From Candidatus Omnitrophota bacterium (GTDB taxonomy: Bacteria > Omnitrophota > Gorgyraeia > Gygaellales > Profunditerraquicolaceae): a stretch of DNA of 64,000 bases. A model generated the notes under the pieces. The model made no database searches and was not told where the DNA came from. It saw only the letters and a program-made list of their open reading frames with translations. Positions 53,178 to 62,385 of this stretch are shown piece after piece. The stretch's first letter is position 1, and each line of letters begins with the position of its first letter. The translations under genes and the position numbers were made by a program. The stretch spans positions 1,084 through 65,083 of the forward strand of contig CAWDSS010000016.1 in the NCBI GenBank assembly GCA_963805065.1. The letters are read 5' to 3'.

Positions 53178-55783
53178 GAGAAAAATTCCTGGACTTTTTT
53201 AAGTCTAGGAAACATAAGGTCGTAGAACCCGATTCACTGGTTCCTAAAGATGACCCTACTGTTTTATTTACCCCTGCCGGCATGAACCAATTCAAAAAAG
53301 AATTTATGGGGTTTGATTCAGGATTCAGGCGCGCTGCCACCTGCCAGAGGTGCCTACGCACTGATGATTTGGATAAAGTAGGAAAAACCTGCGGCCATCA
53401 TACATTTTTTGAAATGCTGGGAAATTTTTCCTTCGGAGATTATTTTAAAAAAGATGCGATTACTTATGCCTGGGAGTTTTTGACCGAAGTATGTAAACTT
53501 AAAAAAGAAAGCCTGTGGGTGTCGGTATATAAGGACGATGACGAGGCTTATAAGATCTGGAAAGATTTAATTAAAGTGCCTGAGGCAAAAATCATAAAAT
53601 TAGGCGATAAAGAAAACTTCTGGCCATCTGAAGCTAAGCAAAAAGGGCCAAACGGGCCATGCGGGCCGTGTTCTGAAATATTTTTTGATCAGGGAAAAGA
53701 CGTTGGTTGCAAAAAAGCTGAGTGCGACCCTTCCTGCAGTTGCGGAAGGTTCCTTGAGATTTGGAATTTGGTGTTTACACAATTTAACCGTAAAGAGGGC
53801 GGTATGTTAGAACCGCTGCCTAATAAAAATATTGATACCGGAATGGGATTAGAAAGATTAGCTGCGGTAATGCAAAAAGTATCCAGTAATTTTGAAACGG
53901 ATTTATTTCAACCGATAATCAAAGAAATCATTGCCGGGGCAAAGACAAAGGTTACTAAAGATAATAAAGAGTTTGTTTACGCCATTGCCGATCATTTACG
54001 CGCTGTGGCTTTTGCAATATACGACGGAGTCCTGCCTTCTAATGAAGCCAGAGGATATGTTATCAGGAAATTAGTGCGTAAAAGCTCCCTTCATTTAAGG
54101 GCGCTTGGCCTTGCGCACCCATTTTTATATAAATTAGTTCCTGTGCTGGCCGAAGTGATGAAGCCTTTTTACCCGCAGTTACAGGCGCGCAAAGAAAATA
54201 TCGCAGAGGTTATTTTAGCCGAAGAAAAAAGTTTTATTTCTACTCTGAAATCCAGCGACTCGTTGTTCAAAGAAAAATTCCAAGGTTTCTCAAAGAAGCA
54301 GAATCCCGAAGCCGTAGGTAAACTTGCCTTTCAACTTTATGATACCTATGGAATACCCTTAGAATTAACTGTAGATTGGCTGGAAAAGCAAGGCATAAAC
54401 ATTTCCCGGCCGGCATTTGACAAAGAGCTGGCAGAGCAAAAAGCGCGCTCTAAACTACAAAGTTCCATGAAAGGCGATGTGTTTGGCTCGCAGGCAATGG
54501 ATTATGGAGTAAAAGAAAGCAAATTCCTGGGTTACGAAGATTTTTCAACCAAGGCAAAGATTCTTAAGGTATTAATAAATAATAAAGAAGCAAAAAAGTT
54601 AAATGGAGGCGATGCCGCTACCATAGTTTTAGATAAAACTTGTTTTTATCCGGAATCCGGCGGGCAGGTAGGGGATACCGGAGAACTTGTAAGAGGGAAA
54701 AATATTTTTGAAGTTTTAGAGACAAAAAAATCCGGTAAGATAATCTTGCATATCGGAAAAGTTAAGGCTGGTAATTTTAAAAAGAACGACTTAGTATCGG
54801 TGAATGTAAATAAAGAAAGAAGGCTGGCCATTGCAAGAAATCATACTGCTACGCATCTTTTGCAGGCAGCTTTAAGAAGGGTTTTGGGTGAGCATGTGCA
54901 GCAGCAGGGATCTTTGGTTGCCGAAGATAAATTGCGCTTTGATTTCACGCATTTTAAGGCTATAGATAAAGAGCAGCTGGCCAGGATCGAAGAGTTGGTC
55001 AATAATTATATCATGGATAATCATGAATTATGCGTTAAGCAGAAATCTCTGGCGCAAGCTAAGAAATCCGGTGCCTTGGCGTTTTTTGGAGAAAAATATG
55101 AAAGTAAAGTGCGTGTAGTCTCGATAGAAGATGTTTCTACGGAGTTATGCGGTGGGACGCATCTAAACTATACCGGGCAAATCGGGCTGTTTAAAATAAT
55201 CCAGGAAGGCTCCATTGCCAGCGGAATAAGAAGGATAGAAGCTGTAACAGGAAAGTCTGCTTATGGTGTCGTAAAGGAACAAGGAGAAATTGTCAATGAT
55301 GTTTCTTTAGTATTAGGAGTACCTGCGCAAAATATAATCCGGGAGCTTGGTAAGCGAAATTCCCGTATTAAAGAATTGGAGAAAAAGCTCAGTTCTGAGA
55401 AATTAGATTCCCTTAAATCCTCTCTTGATTCTATTGTCGAGGGCGCAGAGATTATCAAAGATATCAAATTAATTACCAGGATAATGGAGAACCTGGACAT
55501 GGACTTGTTGAGAAAAAATATAGATTTGATAAAACAGAAAGCTACTAACTCAGTTATTGCCTTGGGCTCGCAAGTCAATGGCCGGGCAATGCTGGTGATG
55601 GGGGTAACAGAAGACCTTTGCCAAAAGGGAGTGGATGCTTCAAATTTAATCAGAGGCGTTGCCAAGGTTATCGGCGGTAGCGGAGGCGGAAGAAAAGATT
55701 TTGCCCAGGCAGGCGGAAACAAGCCAGAAAATTTCCCTCAGGCATTTGAGGAACTTAAAAACATAATTAGGAATTTGCCATGA
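53159..55783 (+). CDS. alaS: alanine--tRNA ligase
   Basis: FTPAGMNQFK, FEMLGNFSFGDYFK, editing-domain HTATHLL and CGGTH motifs, C-terminal DHHA1-like GGGGRKDFAQAGG. Confidence 0.95.
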   Translation: MQAYILREKFLDFFKSRKHKVVEPDSLVPKDDPTVLFTPAGMNQFKKEFMGFDSGFRRAATCQRCLRTDDLDKVGKTCGHHTFFEMLGNFSFGDYFKKDAITYAWEFLTEVCKLKKESLWVSVYKDDDEAYKIWKDLIKVPEAKIIKLGDKENFWPSEAKQKGPNGPCGPCSEIFFDQGKDVGCKKAECDPSCSCGRFLEIWNLVFTQFNRKEGGMLEPLPNKNIDTGMGLERLAAVMQKVSSNFETDLFQPIIKEIIAGAKTKVTKDNKEFVYAIADHLRAVAFAIYDGVLPSNEARGYVIRKLVRKSSLHLRALGLAHPFLYKLVPVLAEVMKPFYPQLQARKENIAEVILAEEKSFISTLKSSDSLFKEKFQGFSKKQNPEAVGKLAFQLYDTYGIPLELTVDWLEKQGINISRPAFDKELAEQKARSKLQSSMKGDVFGSQAMDYGVKESKFLGYEDFSTKAKILKVLINNKEAKKLNGGDAATIVLDKTCFYPESGGQVGDTGELVRGKNIFEVLETKKSGKIILHIGKVKAGNFKKNDLVSVNVNKERRLAIARNHTATHLLQAALRRVLGEHVQQQGSLVAEDKLRFDFTHFKAIDKEQLARIEELVNNYIMDNHELCVKQKSLAQAKKSGALAFFGEKYESKVRVVSIEDVSTELCGGTHLNYTGQIGLFKIIQEGSIASGIRRIEAVTGKSAYGVVKEQGEIVNDVSLVLGVPAQNIIRELGKRNSRIKELEKKLSSEKLDSLKSSLDSIVEGAEIIKDIKLITRIMENLDMDLLRKNIDLIKQKATNSVIALGSQVNGRAMLVMGVTEDLCQKGVDASNLIRGVAKVIGGSGGGRKDFAQAGGNKPENFPQAFEELKNIIRNLP

Positions 55784-57006
55784 AGATAATCCGTTCAGGA
55801 AGCAAAAAATTAGAGAAGATTTATAACCGAGGGATTACCAAGCAGAGGCGCGTTGAGGAGAAAGTTGAGAAAATCATTGAAGACGTACGCATGCTGGGGG
55901 ATGAGGCACTGTTAAAATATACCAAGAAATTTGACGGAGTTAAATTATCGCTGCGGCAGTTAAAAGTTGCAGAAATAGAAATCAGCGGAGCGTACCAGAA
56001 TATCAGCCCTAATTTTGTTTCTACTCTTAAGGTTATCATTGAAAACGTAAACAGGTTTTATAAAAAGACCATCAGAAAATCCTGGAGAATAAAGGATGCA
56101 GATGGCGTAGTTTTAGGAGAGAATTATACCCCTCTTGATAGGGTGGGAATATACATACCTGCCGGGACAGCCCCCTTGGTTTCTACTGTATATATGACGG
56201 TATTGCCTGCTAAGATAGCCGGAGTTAAAAAAATCGCTTTAATCAGCCCGCCTGATAAACACGGTTTTATTAATCCGCATATTCTGGTTGTGGCGGATCT
56301 TTTGAAAGTGGATGAAATTTACCGCGTCGGCGGTGCACAGGGCATAGCTGCCCTAGCTTACGGCACAAAAACCATCCCTAAGGTCGATAAGATTGTGGGG
56401 CCGGGAAATATTTATGTCAGCGAAGCCAAGAGGCAGGTGTTTGGCCAGGTAGGCATAGATATGATTGCCGGGCCTACGGAGCTGGTGATTATCGCTAATC
56501 GTCACAGCGACCCCAGATTTATTATTGCTGATTTAAAGGCACAGTCAGAACATGCCAAGGGTTTAGCCATATTAATTACAAATTCTAAAGCCATAGCTAA
56601 AGAAGTGAAATCGCAGCTGGATGGCAGTAATGGTTTTATCATTTTGACTAAGAACCTTGATCAGGCAGTAGAAATTGCCAATAAAATTGCTCCTGAGCAT
56701 TTAGAAATTTTGGTTAATAATCCGCAAAGGCTGCTTAGAGGCATACGTAATGCCGGGGCAATATTTTTAGGGCCTTTTAGCCCAACTGCAGTGGGAGATT
56801 ATGTTGCCGGGCCAAGCCATGTGCTCCCCACTCAGGGCACTGCAAGGTTCTTTTCAGGGTTATCGGTGCTGGATTTTATGAAAAGTAATCACATCATCAG
56901 TTATTCCAAGAAAGCCCTGGAGAAAGCAAAAGACCCGCTGGAAAAAATCGCAGGCATAGAAGGCTTAAGTAAACATTTAGATTCTGTCAAAGTGAGATTT
57001 GGGTAG
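55780..57006 (+). CDS. hisD: histidinol dehydrogenase
   Basis: canonical HisD motifs (IDMIAGPTE, QSEH, APEHLE, GDY.AGPSHVLPT). Confidence 0.93.
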   Translation: MKIIRSGSKKLEKIYNRGITKQRRVEEKVEKIIEDVRMLGDEALLKYTKKFDGVKLSLRQLKVAEIEISGAYQNISPNFVSTLKVIIENVNRFYKKTIRKSWRIKDADGVVLGENYTPLDRVGIYIPAGTAPLVSTVYMTVLPAKIAGVKKIALISPPDKHGFINPHILVVADLLKVDEIYRVGGAQGIAALAYGTKTIPKVDKIVGPGNIYVSEAKRQVFGQVGIDMIAGPTELVIIANRHSDPRFIIADLKAQSEHAKGLAILITNSKAIAKEVKSQLDGSNGFIILTKNLDQAVEIANKIAPEHLEILVNNPQRLLRGIRNAGAIFLGPFSPTAVGDYVAGPSHVLPTQGTARFFSGLSVLDFMKSNHIISYSKKALEKAKDPLEKIAGIEGLSKHLDSVKVRFG

Positions 57007-57052
57007 TGGCTATGAGTTTTAAGTATAAACTAATATAAAAAGTGAGAGAAAG

Positions 57053-57661
57053 ATGAATTCAAGAATATTTGAAAATACTCGTAAGACAAATGAAACAGAA
57101 ATATTAATTAAATTAAATATCGATGGTACCGATCAAAGAAGAATAAATACTGGCATAGGCATTCTTGATCATATGCTGGATTTATTTGCTTATTGGGGGC
57201 ATTTTGATTTAGAAATAAATGTTAAGAAAGGCGATTTTAATATAGATATTCACCATACTAATGAAGATGTTGGTATATTTTTGGGTAAGGCTTTCAAAGA
57301 AGCATTAGGAGATAAAGCTGGTATTCAGAGAAATGGTTTCGCTTCATTTCCTATGGAAAACGTAACTGCCAATGTGACCGTGGATATTAGCGGCAGAGGT
57401 TCTTTTTCTTGGCCTTTATATGGCGCTGGATTTAACCCAGATAACAAAGAAGGATATGAAATTGAATATGCTGAGCATTTTTTAGAAGCATTTAGCAAAA
57501 ACTTAGGCATGAATCTAACCATAACTATCACTGGGACTAGTCTGGATTTGCATACAACTTTAGAGCCCATCTTTAAAGCCTTAGGAAAAGCTTTGGACCA
57601 GGCCACGCAAATTGACCCTCGCAGAAAAGGCGTTCCTTCAACTAAGGGTATAATAGACTAA
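57053..57661 (+). CDS. hisB: imidazoleglycerol-phosphate dehydratase
   Basis: RKTNETEI.I.LN.DG, GI..LDHML, HHTNED motifs. Confidence 0.93.
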   Translation: MNSRIFENTRKTNETEILIKLNIDGTDQRRINTGIGILDHMLDLFAYWGHFDLEINVKKGDFNIDIHHTNEDVGIFLGKAFKEALGDKAGIQRNGFASFPMENVTANVTVDISGRGSFSWPLYGAGFNPDNKEGYEIEYAEHFLEAFSKNLGMNLTITITGTSLDLHTTLEPIFKALGKALDQATQIDPRRKGVPSTKGIID

Positions 57662-57662
57662 G

Positions 57663-58295
57663 ATGATTGCGATTATTGATTACGGCATGGGAAACATTCA
57701 CAGCGTTAACAAGGCTTTGCAGCTGTTTGGCGCAAAGACTTTGGTTACCAGTAATCCAAAAGATATTCAATCAGCACAAAAAGCGGTTTTGCCCGGAGTG
57801 GGAGCTTTTGACGATGCTATGTTGGAATTGGAAAAACAGGGCCTAGTCAGCGTTATCAGGGATTTCGTGAAAGCCCAAAGGCCAATTTTAGGAATTTGTC
57901 TGGGTATGCAGCTTTTGTTTGATAAAAGCCAGGAAGCAGCCAAAACTAAAGGTCTGGGTATTTTAAAAGGCGAAGTCAAGAGGTTTGAAGCCAATAAGGG
58001 GATTAAAGTGCCTCACATGGGCTGGAACCAGTTAAAAAAAGTTAAAAGTAAAAAGCCAAAAGGAAAAAGTGAGTGTCCTTTGTTAAAAGATATACCCGAT
58101 AATTCATTTGTATATTTTTGCCACTCGTATTATCCTGTGCCTAAAGATAAGGATGTTGCGGCTGCAACAACTGAATACGGGTTGGAGTTTGCTTCGGTTG
58201 TCTGGAAGGATAATGTTTATGGCGTGCAGTTCCATCCGGAGAAAAGCCAAAACATCGGTTTAAAGATGATAGATAATTTTGTAAATTCATGCTAA
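57663..58295 (+). CDS. hisH: imidazole glycerol phosphate synthase, glutamine amidotransferase subunit, with Lys-rich insert
   Basis: LPGVGAF, GICLGMQLL (catalytic Cys), PHMGWN, GVQFHPEKS motifs. Confidence 0.92.
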   Translation: MIAIIDYGMGNIHSVNKALQLFGAKTLVTSNPKDIQSAQKAVLPGVGAFDDAMLELEKQGLVSVIRDFVKAQRPILGICLGMQLLFDKSQEAAKTKGLGILKGEVKRFEANKGIKVPHMGWNQLKKVKSKKPKGKSECPLLKDIPDNSFVYFCHSYYPVPKDKDVAAATTEYGLEFASVVWKDNVYGVQFHPEKSQNIGLKMIDNFVNSC

Positions 58296-59011
58296 TCATT
58301 CCGGCTATAGATTTACAGGACGGCTGTGTCGTAAGATTTGTCCAGGGCAAGCTCGACAAGAGAATTTATTCCCGCGATCCGTTAAAGACTGCAAAGCACT
58401 GGATTAAGCAAGGTGCCAAATTACTACACATTGTTGATTTAGACGGCGCAATTACGGGAGAGCCGAAGAATATCGGGATTGCCAAAGAAATTGCCCTTAA
58501 CGTAGATATTCCCGTGCAATTCGGAGGAGGGGTAAGAAAAATAGAAACCATAAAAACGCTTCTTGATGATTACAAATTCAAGCGGGTGGTTTTAGGCACT
58601 AAGGCAGTGTTGGATAATGCATTCTTGAAAAAGGCCTTTAAAGAATTTAAAGATAAAGTTATCGTTAGTATTGATGCTAAGCAGGAAACTGTTTTAACCA
58701 AGGGATGGAGGAGTGCGAGAAGCGGGCTAAGCGTGCTTGATTTTGCACTCGTTTTAAAAGGCTTAGGGATAAAGCAGGTAATTTATACCGATACATTAAA
58801 AGACGGGACTTTATCCGGGCCAAACATAAAAGGAATAAAATCTTTGCTTAAAAATACAGGCTTAAAAATCATAGCTTCAGGAGGTATTTCATCGCTTGAC
58901 GACATATTTAAACTCAAGAAATTAGAAAAAGACGGCGTATCCGGTGTTATTATAGGTAAGGCCTTGTATGAAGGGAAATTTACTCTGGCAGAGGCCATAA
59001 AACTAGCATAG
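58289..59011 (+). CDS. hisA: 1-(5-phosphoribosyl)-5-[(5-phosphoribosylamino)methylideneamino]imidazole-4-carboxamide isomerase
   Basis: IIPAIDL.DG..VR, HIVDLDGA, ASGGISS motifs. Confidence 0.92.
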   Translation: MLIIPAIDLQDGCVVRFVQGKLDKRIYSRDPLKTAKHWIKQGAKLLHIVDLDGAITGEPKNIGIAKEIALNVDIPVQFGGGVRKIETIKTLLDDYKFKRVVLGTKAVLDNAFLKKAFKEFKDKVIVSIDAKQETVLTKGWRSARSGLSVLDFALVLKGLGIKQVIYTDTLKDGTLSGPNIKGIKSLLKNTGLKIIASGGISSLDDIFKLKKLEKDGVSGVIIGKALYEGKFTLAEAIKLA

Positions 59012-59026
59012 AATAGGAGGAGGAAA

Positions 59027-59479
59027 ATGTTTAAGAAGGCAGTAATTTTGGGTCTAGCAATGTTTTTTATTATTTCCTTGAGCGGTTGCGCAACTGCACG
59101 CAAACAAAATGAACTTGAGATTCAGGGATTGAAAAATCAAATTTCTGTTTTGGAATCACAGGTGCAGTCCAAGGATGAGGAAATTAACAGCTTAAAAGAA
59201 CAATTAGCAAAGGCACCCGAAGTAAAAGAACAACCAGAGCAGGCGGTAGCTAAAAAGAGAATTGTCTATCCGGTAAAATCAAGGCCCAACATCCGCCAGG
59301 TCCAGATTGCCTTAAAGAATGCAGGTTTTGACCCTGGCTCTATTGACGGAAAAATGGGCAATCAGACCAGGATAGCAATTAAATCGTTTCAAAAAGCGCA
59401 TGATTTGCCCGCAAACGGAAAAATGGGTAGAAAAACCTGGGATTTATTAAGGGAATATTTGTATAAGAAGTTAAAATAG
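59027..59479 (+). CDS. lipoprotein with coiled-coil linker and C-terminal peptidoglycan-binding (PG_binding_1-like) domain
   Basis: signal peptide with lipobox LSGC; IRQVQIALKNAGFDPGSIDGKMGNQTRIAIKSFQKAHDLPANG pattern. Confidence 0.7.
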   Translation: MFKKAVILGLAMFFIISLSGCATARKQNELEIQGLKNQISVLESQVQSKDEEINSLKEQLAKAPEVKEQPEQAVAKKRIVYPVKSRPNIRQVQIALKNAGFDPGSIDGKMGNQTRIAIKSFQKAHDLPANGKMGRKTWDLLREYLYKKLK

Positions 59480-59484
59480 GAACA

Positions 59485-59522
59485 AGCTTTCAGCTTTCAG
59501 ATAGAGCTGACGGCTGACGGCT
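59485..59522 (+). repeat. imperfect hairpin built from tandem heptamers (AGCTTTC x2 / CTGACGG x2.7) between the lipoprotein gene and hisF
   Basis: 16 stem positions: 12 Watson-Crick, 2 G-U, 2 mismatches; no T-run. Confidence 0.4.
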
Positions 59523-59533
59523 GACAGCGGAGC

Positions 59534-60289
59534 ATGTTGACTAAGCGCATAATTCCCTGTTTGGATATTAAAGACGGCAGGGTAGTAAAGGGTGTCAAAT
59601 TCTTGGGGCTCAAAGACGCAGGCGACCCCGTGGAAGTAGCTAAAATTTACGACGAGCAGGAAGCGGATGAGCTTGTATTTTTGGACATTACTGCCAGTTT
59701 CCAGAAACGAAAGACCTTAATTGATTTAGTGGAAGAAATAGCCCGGAATATATTTATGCCTTTTACTGTCGGAGGAGGCATCCAGGATTTAAGCGATATC
59801 AAAGATATTTTAAACGCAGGAGCGGAAAAGGTGTCCCTTAATACTGCTGCGGTAAGATTCCCGGAGTTGATTAAGGATGCAGCCGTTAAATTCGGCAGCC
59901 AGTGCATTGTAGTAGCTATAGACGCAAAAAAAGAAGATGGCAGCTGGAAGGTTTATATTAACGGCGGCAGGACGCCTATGGATTTAGAGGCTGTAAGCTG
60001 GGCTAAGCAGGCGGCAAAGCTTGGGGCAGGAGAGATACTCTTGACCAGTATGGATTATGACGGCACTAAAGATGGTTTCGATATACCGTTAACCAAGGCA
60101 ATTTGTGATGCGGTAAGCATCCCTGTTATTGCCTCCGGTGGCGCAGGCAAACTTGAACATTTTTATGATTGCTTAACGAAGACAAGCGCCGATGCTTGTT
60201 TAGCCGCGTCTATTTTTCACTACCAGGAATATTCCATAAAACAAGTAAAAGAGTATTTAAAGCAAAAGGGGATACCGGTAAGGCTATGA
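59534..60289 (+). CDS. hisF: imidazole glycerol phosphate synthase, cyclase subunit
   Basis: [34 protein letters not shown] motifs. Confidence 0.95.
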   Translation: MLTKRIIPCLDIKDGRVVKGVKFLGLKDAGDPVEVAKIYDEQEADELVFLDITASFQKRKTLIDLVEEIARNIFMPFTVGGGIQDLSDIKDILNAGAEKVSLNTAAVRFPELIKDAAVKFGSQCIVVAIDAKKEDGSWKVYINGGRTPMDLEAVSWAKQAAKLGAGEILLTSMDYDGTKDGFDIPLTKAICDAVSIPVIASGGAGKLEHFYDCLTKTSADACLAASIFHYQEYSIKQVKEYLKQKGIPVRL

Positions 60290-60624
60290 AAAAATTTAAA
60301 TTTAATTTAAAAGATTTGAAATTTGACAAAAAAGGCCTGTTGCCGGCCGTAATTCAGGACTATAAAACAGGCAAGGTGCTTATGCTGGCTTATATGAATC
60401 AGGAGTCGCTACGCAGGACCATAAAGTTGGGTAAAACCTGTTTTTGGTCGCGTTCAAGAAAAGAGTATTGGATTAAGGGCGCAACTTCCGGTAATTTTCA
60501 GTTTGTTAAACTTATAGCTTATGATTGCGATATGGATGCGCTTTTGATTAAAGTAAGGCAAGTGGGAGTTGCCTGTCATACGGGGAACAGGTCATGTTTT
60601 TATAGAACAATTAATGACAAATGA
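60286..60624 (+). CDS. hisI: phosphoribosyl-AMP cyclohydrolase (HisI domain only)
   Basis: start at ATG 60286 (ATGA overlap with hisF stop); [23 protein letters not shown]...G.ACHTG..SCF motifs. Confidence 0.9.
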   Translation: MKKFKFNLKDLKFDKKGLLPAVIQDYKTGKVLMLAYMNQESLRRTIKLGKTCFWSRSRKEYWIKGATSGNFQFVKLIAYDCDMDALLIKVRQVGVACHTGNRSCFYRTINDK

Positions 60625-60634
60625 CAAAACCCAA

Positions 60635-60701
60635 AGAAAAGGGGACGTTTCTATTTTTAACGTTTCCTAATCAGAAGAAAAATAGAAACGTCCCCTTTTC
60701 T
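60635..60701 (+). repeat. conserved palindromic intergenic element, copy 3 (after hisI); probable intrinsic terminator
   Basis: 24-bp stem AGAAAAGGGGACGTTTCTATTTTT / AAAAATAGAAACGTCCCCTTTTCT, loop AACGTTTCCTAATCAGAAG. Confidence 0.8.
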
Positions 60702-60777
60702 TCACATTAAATAACTCAAAAGGCAAAATGCAAAACGCAAAACTGCAACGCAAAACGTAAAACGTTTTGAGCTTACT

Positions 60778-62262
60778 ATGTACGAACCTTCATTAAAAGA
60801 ATTCTTAAGATTAAGCAATAAGGGGAACCTCATCCCGGTATACAAAGAGATAAACGCTGACCTGGATACTCCGGTATCCGCCTTTTTAAAAATAAATAAA
60901 GGTAAGTTTTCTTTTTTGCTGGAATCCGTGGAAGGCCGGGAGAAAATCGCCAGGTTTTCCTTTTTAGGCAGTAATCCCTCCATGGTATTTAAGAGCCAAA
61001 ACAAAAATATTCAGATAATTTATCCCCGGCAAAAACGCATTAAGAAATTCATAACCAAGGCTTCCCCTTTGGATGAAATCAAGAATATCATGGAGGGTTA
61101 TAGGGCAGTGGAAGTTGTGGGCCTGCCGAGGTTTATCGGCGGCTTGGTGGGATACATGGGGTATGATACGGTGAGGTTCTTTGAGGACATCCCGGATAAG
61201 AATCCGCAGGATCTCACGCTACCGGATTGTATTTTCATGTTAACAGACAATATCCTGGTTTTCGACCATGTTAATCATACCATAAAGATTGTGGCAAACG
61301 TAATGCTGCCTAAGATTGGCAGAATTTCTTCAGCCCAAAAAACAAAGTTATACAAGCATGCGCTAAGGCAAATTGATGCGATAGAGAACGGAATCCAAAG
61401 GCCTTATTTTTCAAGGCCAAAGGTTTTGACGCATAGGACATTGAAGATCTCCTCAAACTTTACAAAAAGAGGGTTTGAGAATATCGTCAAGAAAGCCAAG
61501 CGGTACATACAACAAGGCGACATTATCCAGGTAGTTTTGTCACAGCGTTTTAATCTTAAAATAGATAAAAAGCCTTTTGAAATTTACCGAAACCTGCGCA
61601 GCCTCAATCCTTCTCCTTACATGTATTTTTTGGCTTTCGATGATGCGTTTATCATCGGCTCTTCTCCTGAAATGCTGGTGCGCTGCGAAGAGGGGATTGT
61701 CCAGACCAGGCCCATTGCAGGAACAAGGCCCAGAGGCAAAACAGAAGAAGAAGATAGCAAATTCGAGGCAGAGCTTCTTGTTGATAAAAAAGAAAGAGCG
61801 GAACATCTTATGCTTGTAGACCTGGGAAGAAATGATTTGGGCAGGGTTTGTCTTTCGGGAAAGGTAGGAGTCAAGGAATTTATGAAGGTAGAAAAATATT
61901 CCCATGTTATGCATTTGGTAAGCGAAGTAATAGGAAAACTTGACAATAGACGTTTCGACATATATGATGTATTGCGTTCTTGTTTTCCTGCAGGCACGGT
62001 TTCCGGCAGCCCTAAGATCCGCGCCATGGAAATCATCGACGAATTGGAAAATATAAGGCGCGGGCCCTATGCGGGGTGCGTGGGATATTTCAGTTTTTCT
62101 CACAATATCGATACCTGTATAACCATAAGGACAATCGTGGTAAAAAATAATACGGCTTATGTCCAGGCAGGAGCCGGCATTGTTGCAGATTCAGTCCCCC
62201 GGAAAGAATATGCCGAGTCAGTTAATAAGGCAAGGGCATTAATTGAGGCGATTATTAAGTAG
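60778..62262 (+). CDS. trpE: anthranilate synthase component I
   Basis: LIPVY.E...D..TPVSAFLK, FLLESVEG, GTRPRG, PAGTVSGAPK-like (PAGTVSGSPK), GAGIVADS motifs. Confidence 0.9.
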   Translation: MYEPSLKEFLRLSNKGNLIPVYKEINADLDTPVSAFLKINKGKFSFLLESVEGREKIARFSFLGSNPSMVFKSQNKNIQIIYPRQKRIKKFITKASPLDEIKNIMEGYRAVEVVGLPRFIGGLVGYMGYDTVRFFEDIPDKNPQDLTLPDCIFMLTDNILVFDHVNHTIKIVANVMLPKIGRISSAQKTKLYKHALRQIDAIENGIQRPYFSRPKVLTHRTLKISSNFTKRGFENIVKKAKRYIQQGDIIQVVLSQRFNLKIDKKPFEIYRNLRSLNPSPYMYFLAFDDAFIIGSSPEMLVRCEEGIVQTRPIAGTRPRGKTEEEDSKFEAELLVDKKERAEHLMLVDLGRNDLGRVCLSGKVGVKEFMKVEKYSHVMHLVSEVIGKLDNRRFDIYDVLRSCFPAGTVSGSPKIRAMEIIDELENIRRGPYAGCVGYFSFSHNIDTCITIRTIVVKNNTAYVQAGAGIVADSVPRKEYAESVNKARALIEAIIK

Positions 62263-62310
62263 TGTAATGTGTAAAGTGTAATGTGTAATGCCAGTGTAAC
62301 GCAAAATAAA

Positions 62311-62385
62311 GTAAAGAAAAGGGGACGTTTCTATTTTTAACGTTTCCTAATTAGAAGAAAAATAGAAACGTCCCCTTTTCTTTAC
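62311..62385 (+). repeat. conserved palindromic intergenic element, copy 4 (after trpE); probable intrinsic terminator, nested in a longer inverted repeat
   Basis: 28-bp stem GTAAAGAAAAGGGGACGTTTCTATTTTT / complement, loop AACGTTTCCTAATTAGAAG. Confidence 0.8.

Noticed and set aside
60701-60777. TRAP-binding site, T-box or leader-peptide attenuator upstream of trpE
   Set aside because: There are no GAG/UAG triplet series with 2-3 nt spacing and no T-box specifier or T-box sequence. There is also no short ORF with tandem Trp codons. The region is kept only as an unexplained repeat array.
61540-62103. 187-aa and 139-aa minus-strand ORFs inside trpE
   Set aside because: They are antisense to a strongly conserved trpE region and show no family resemblance.
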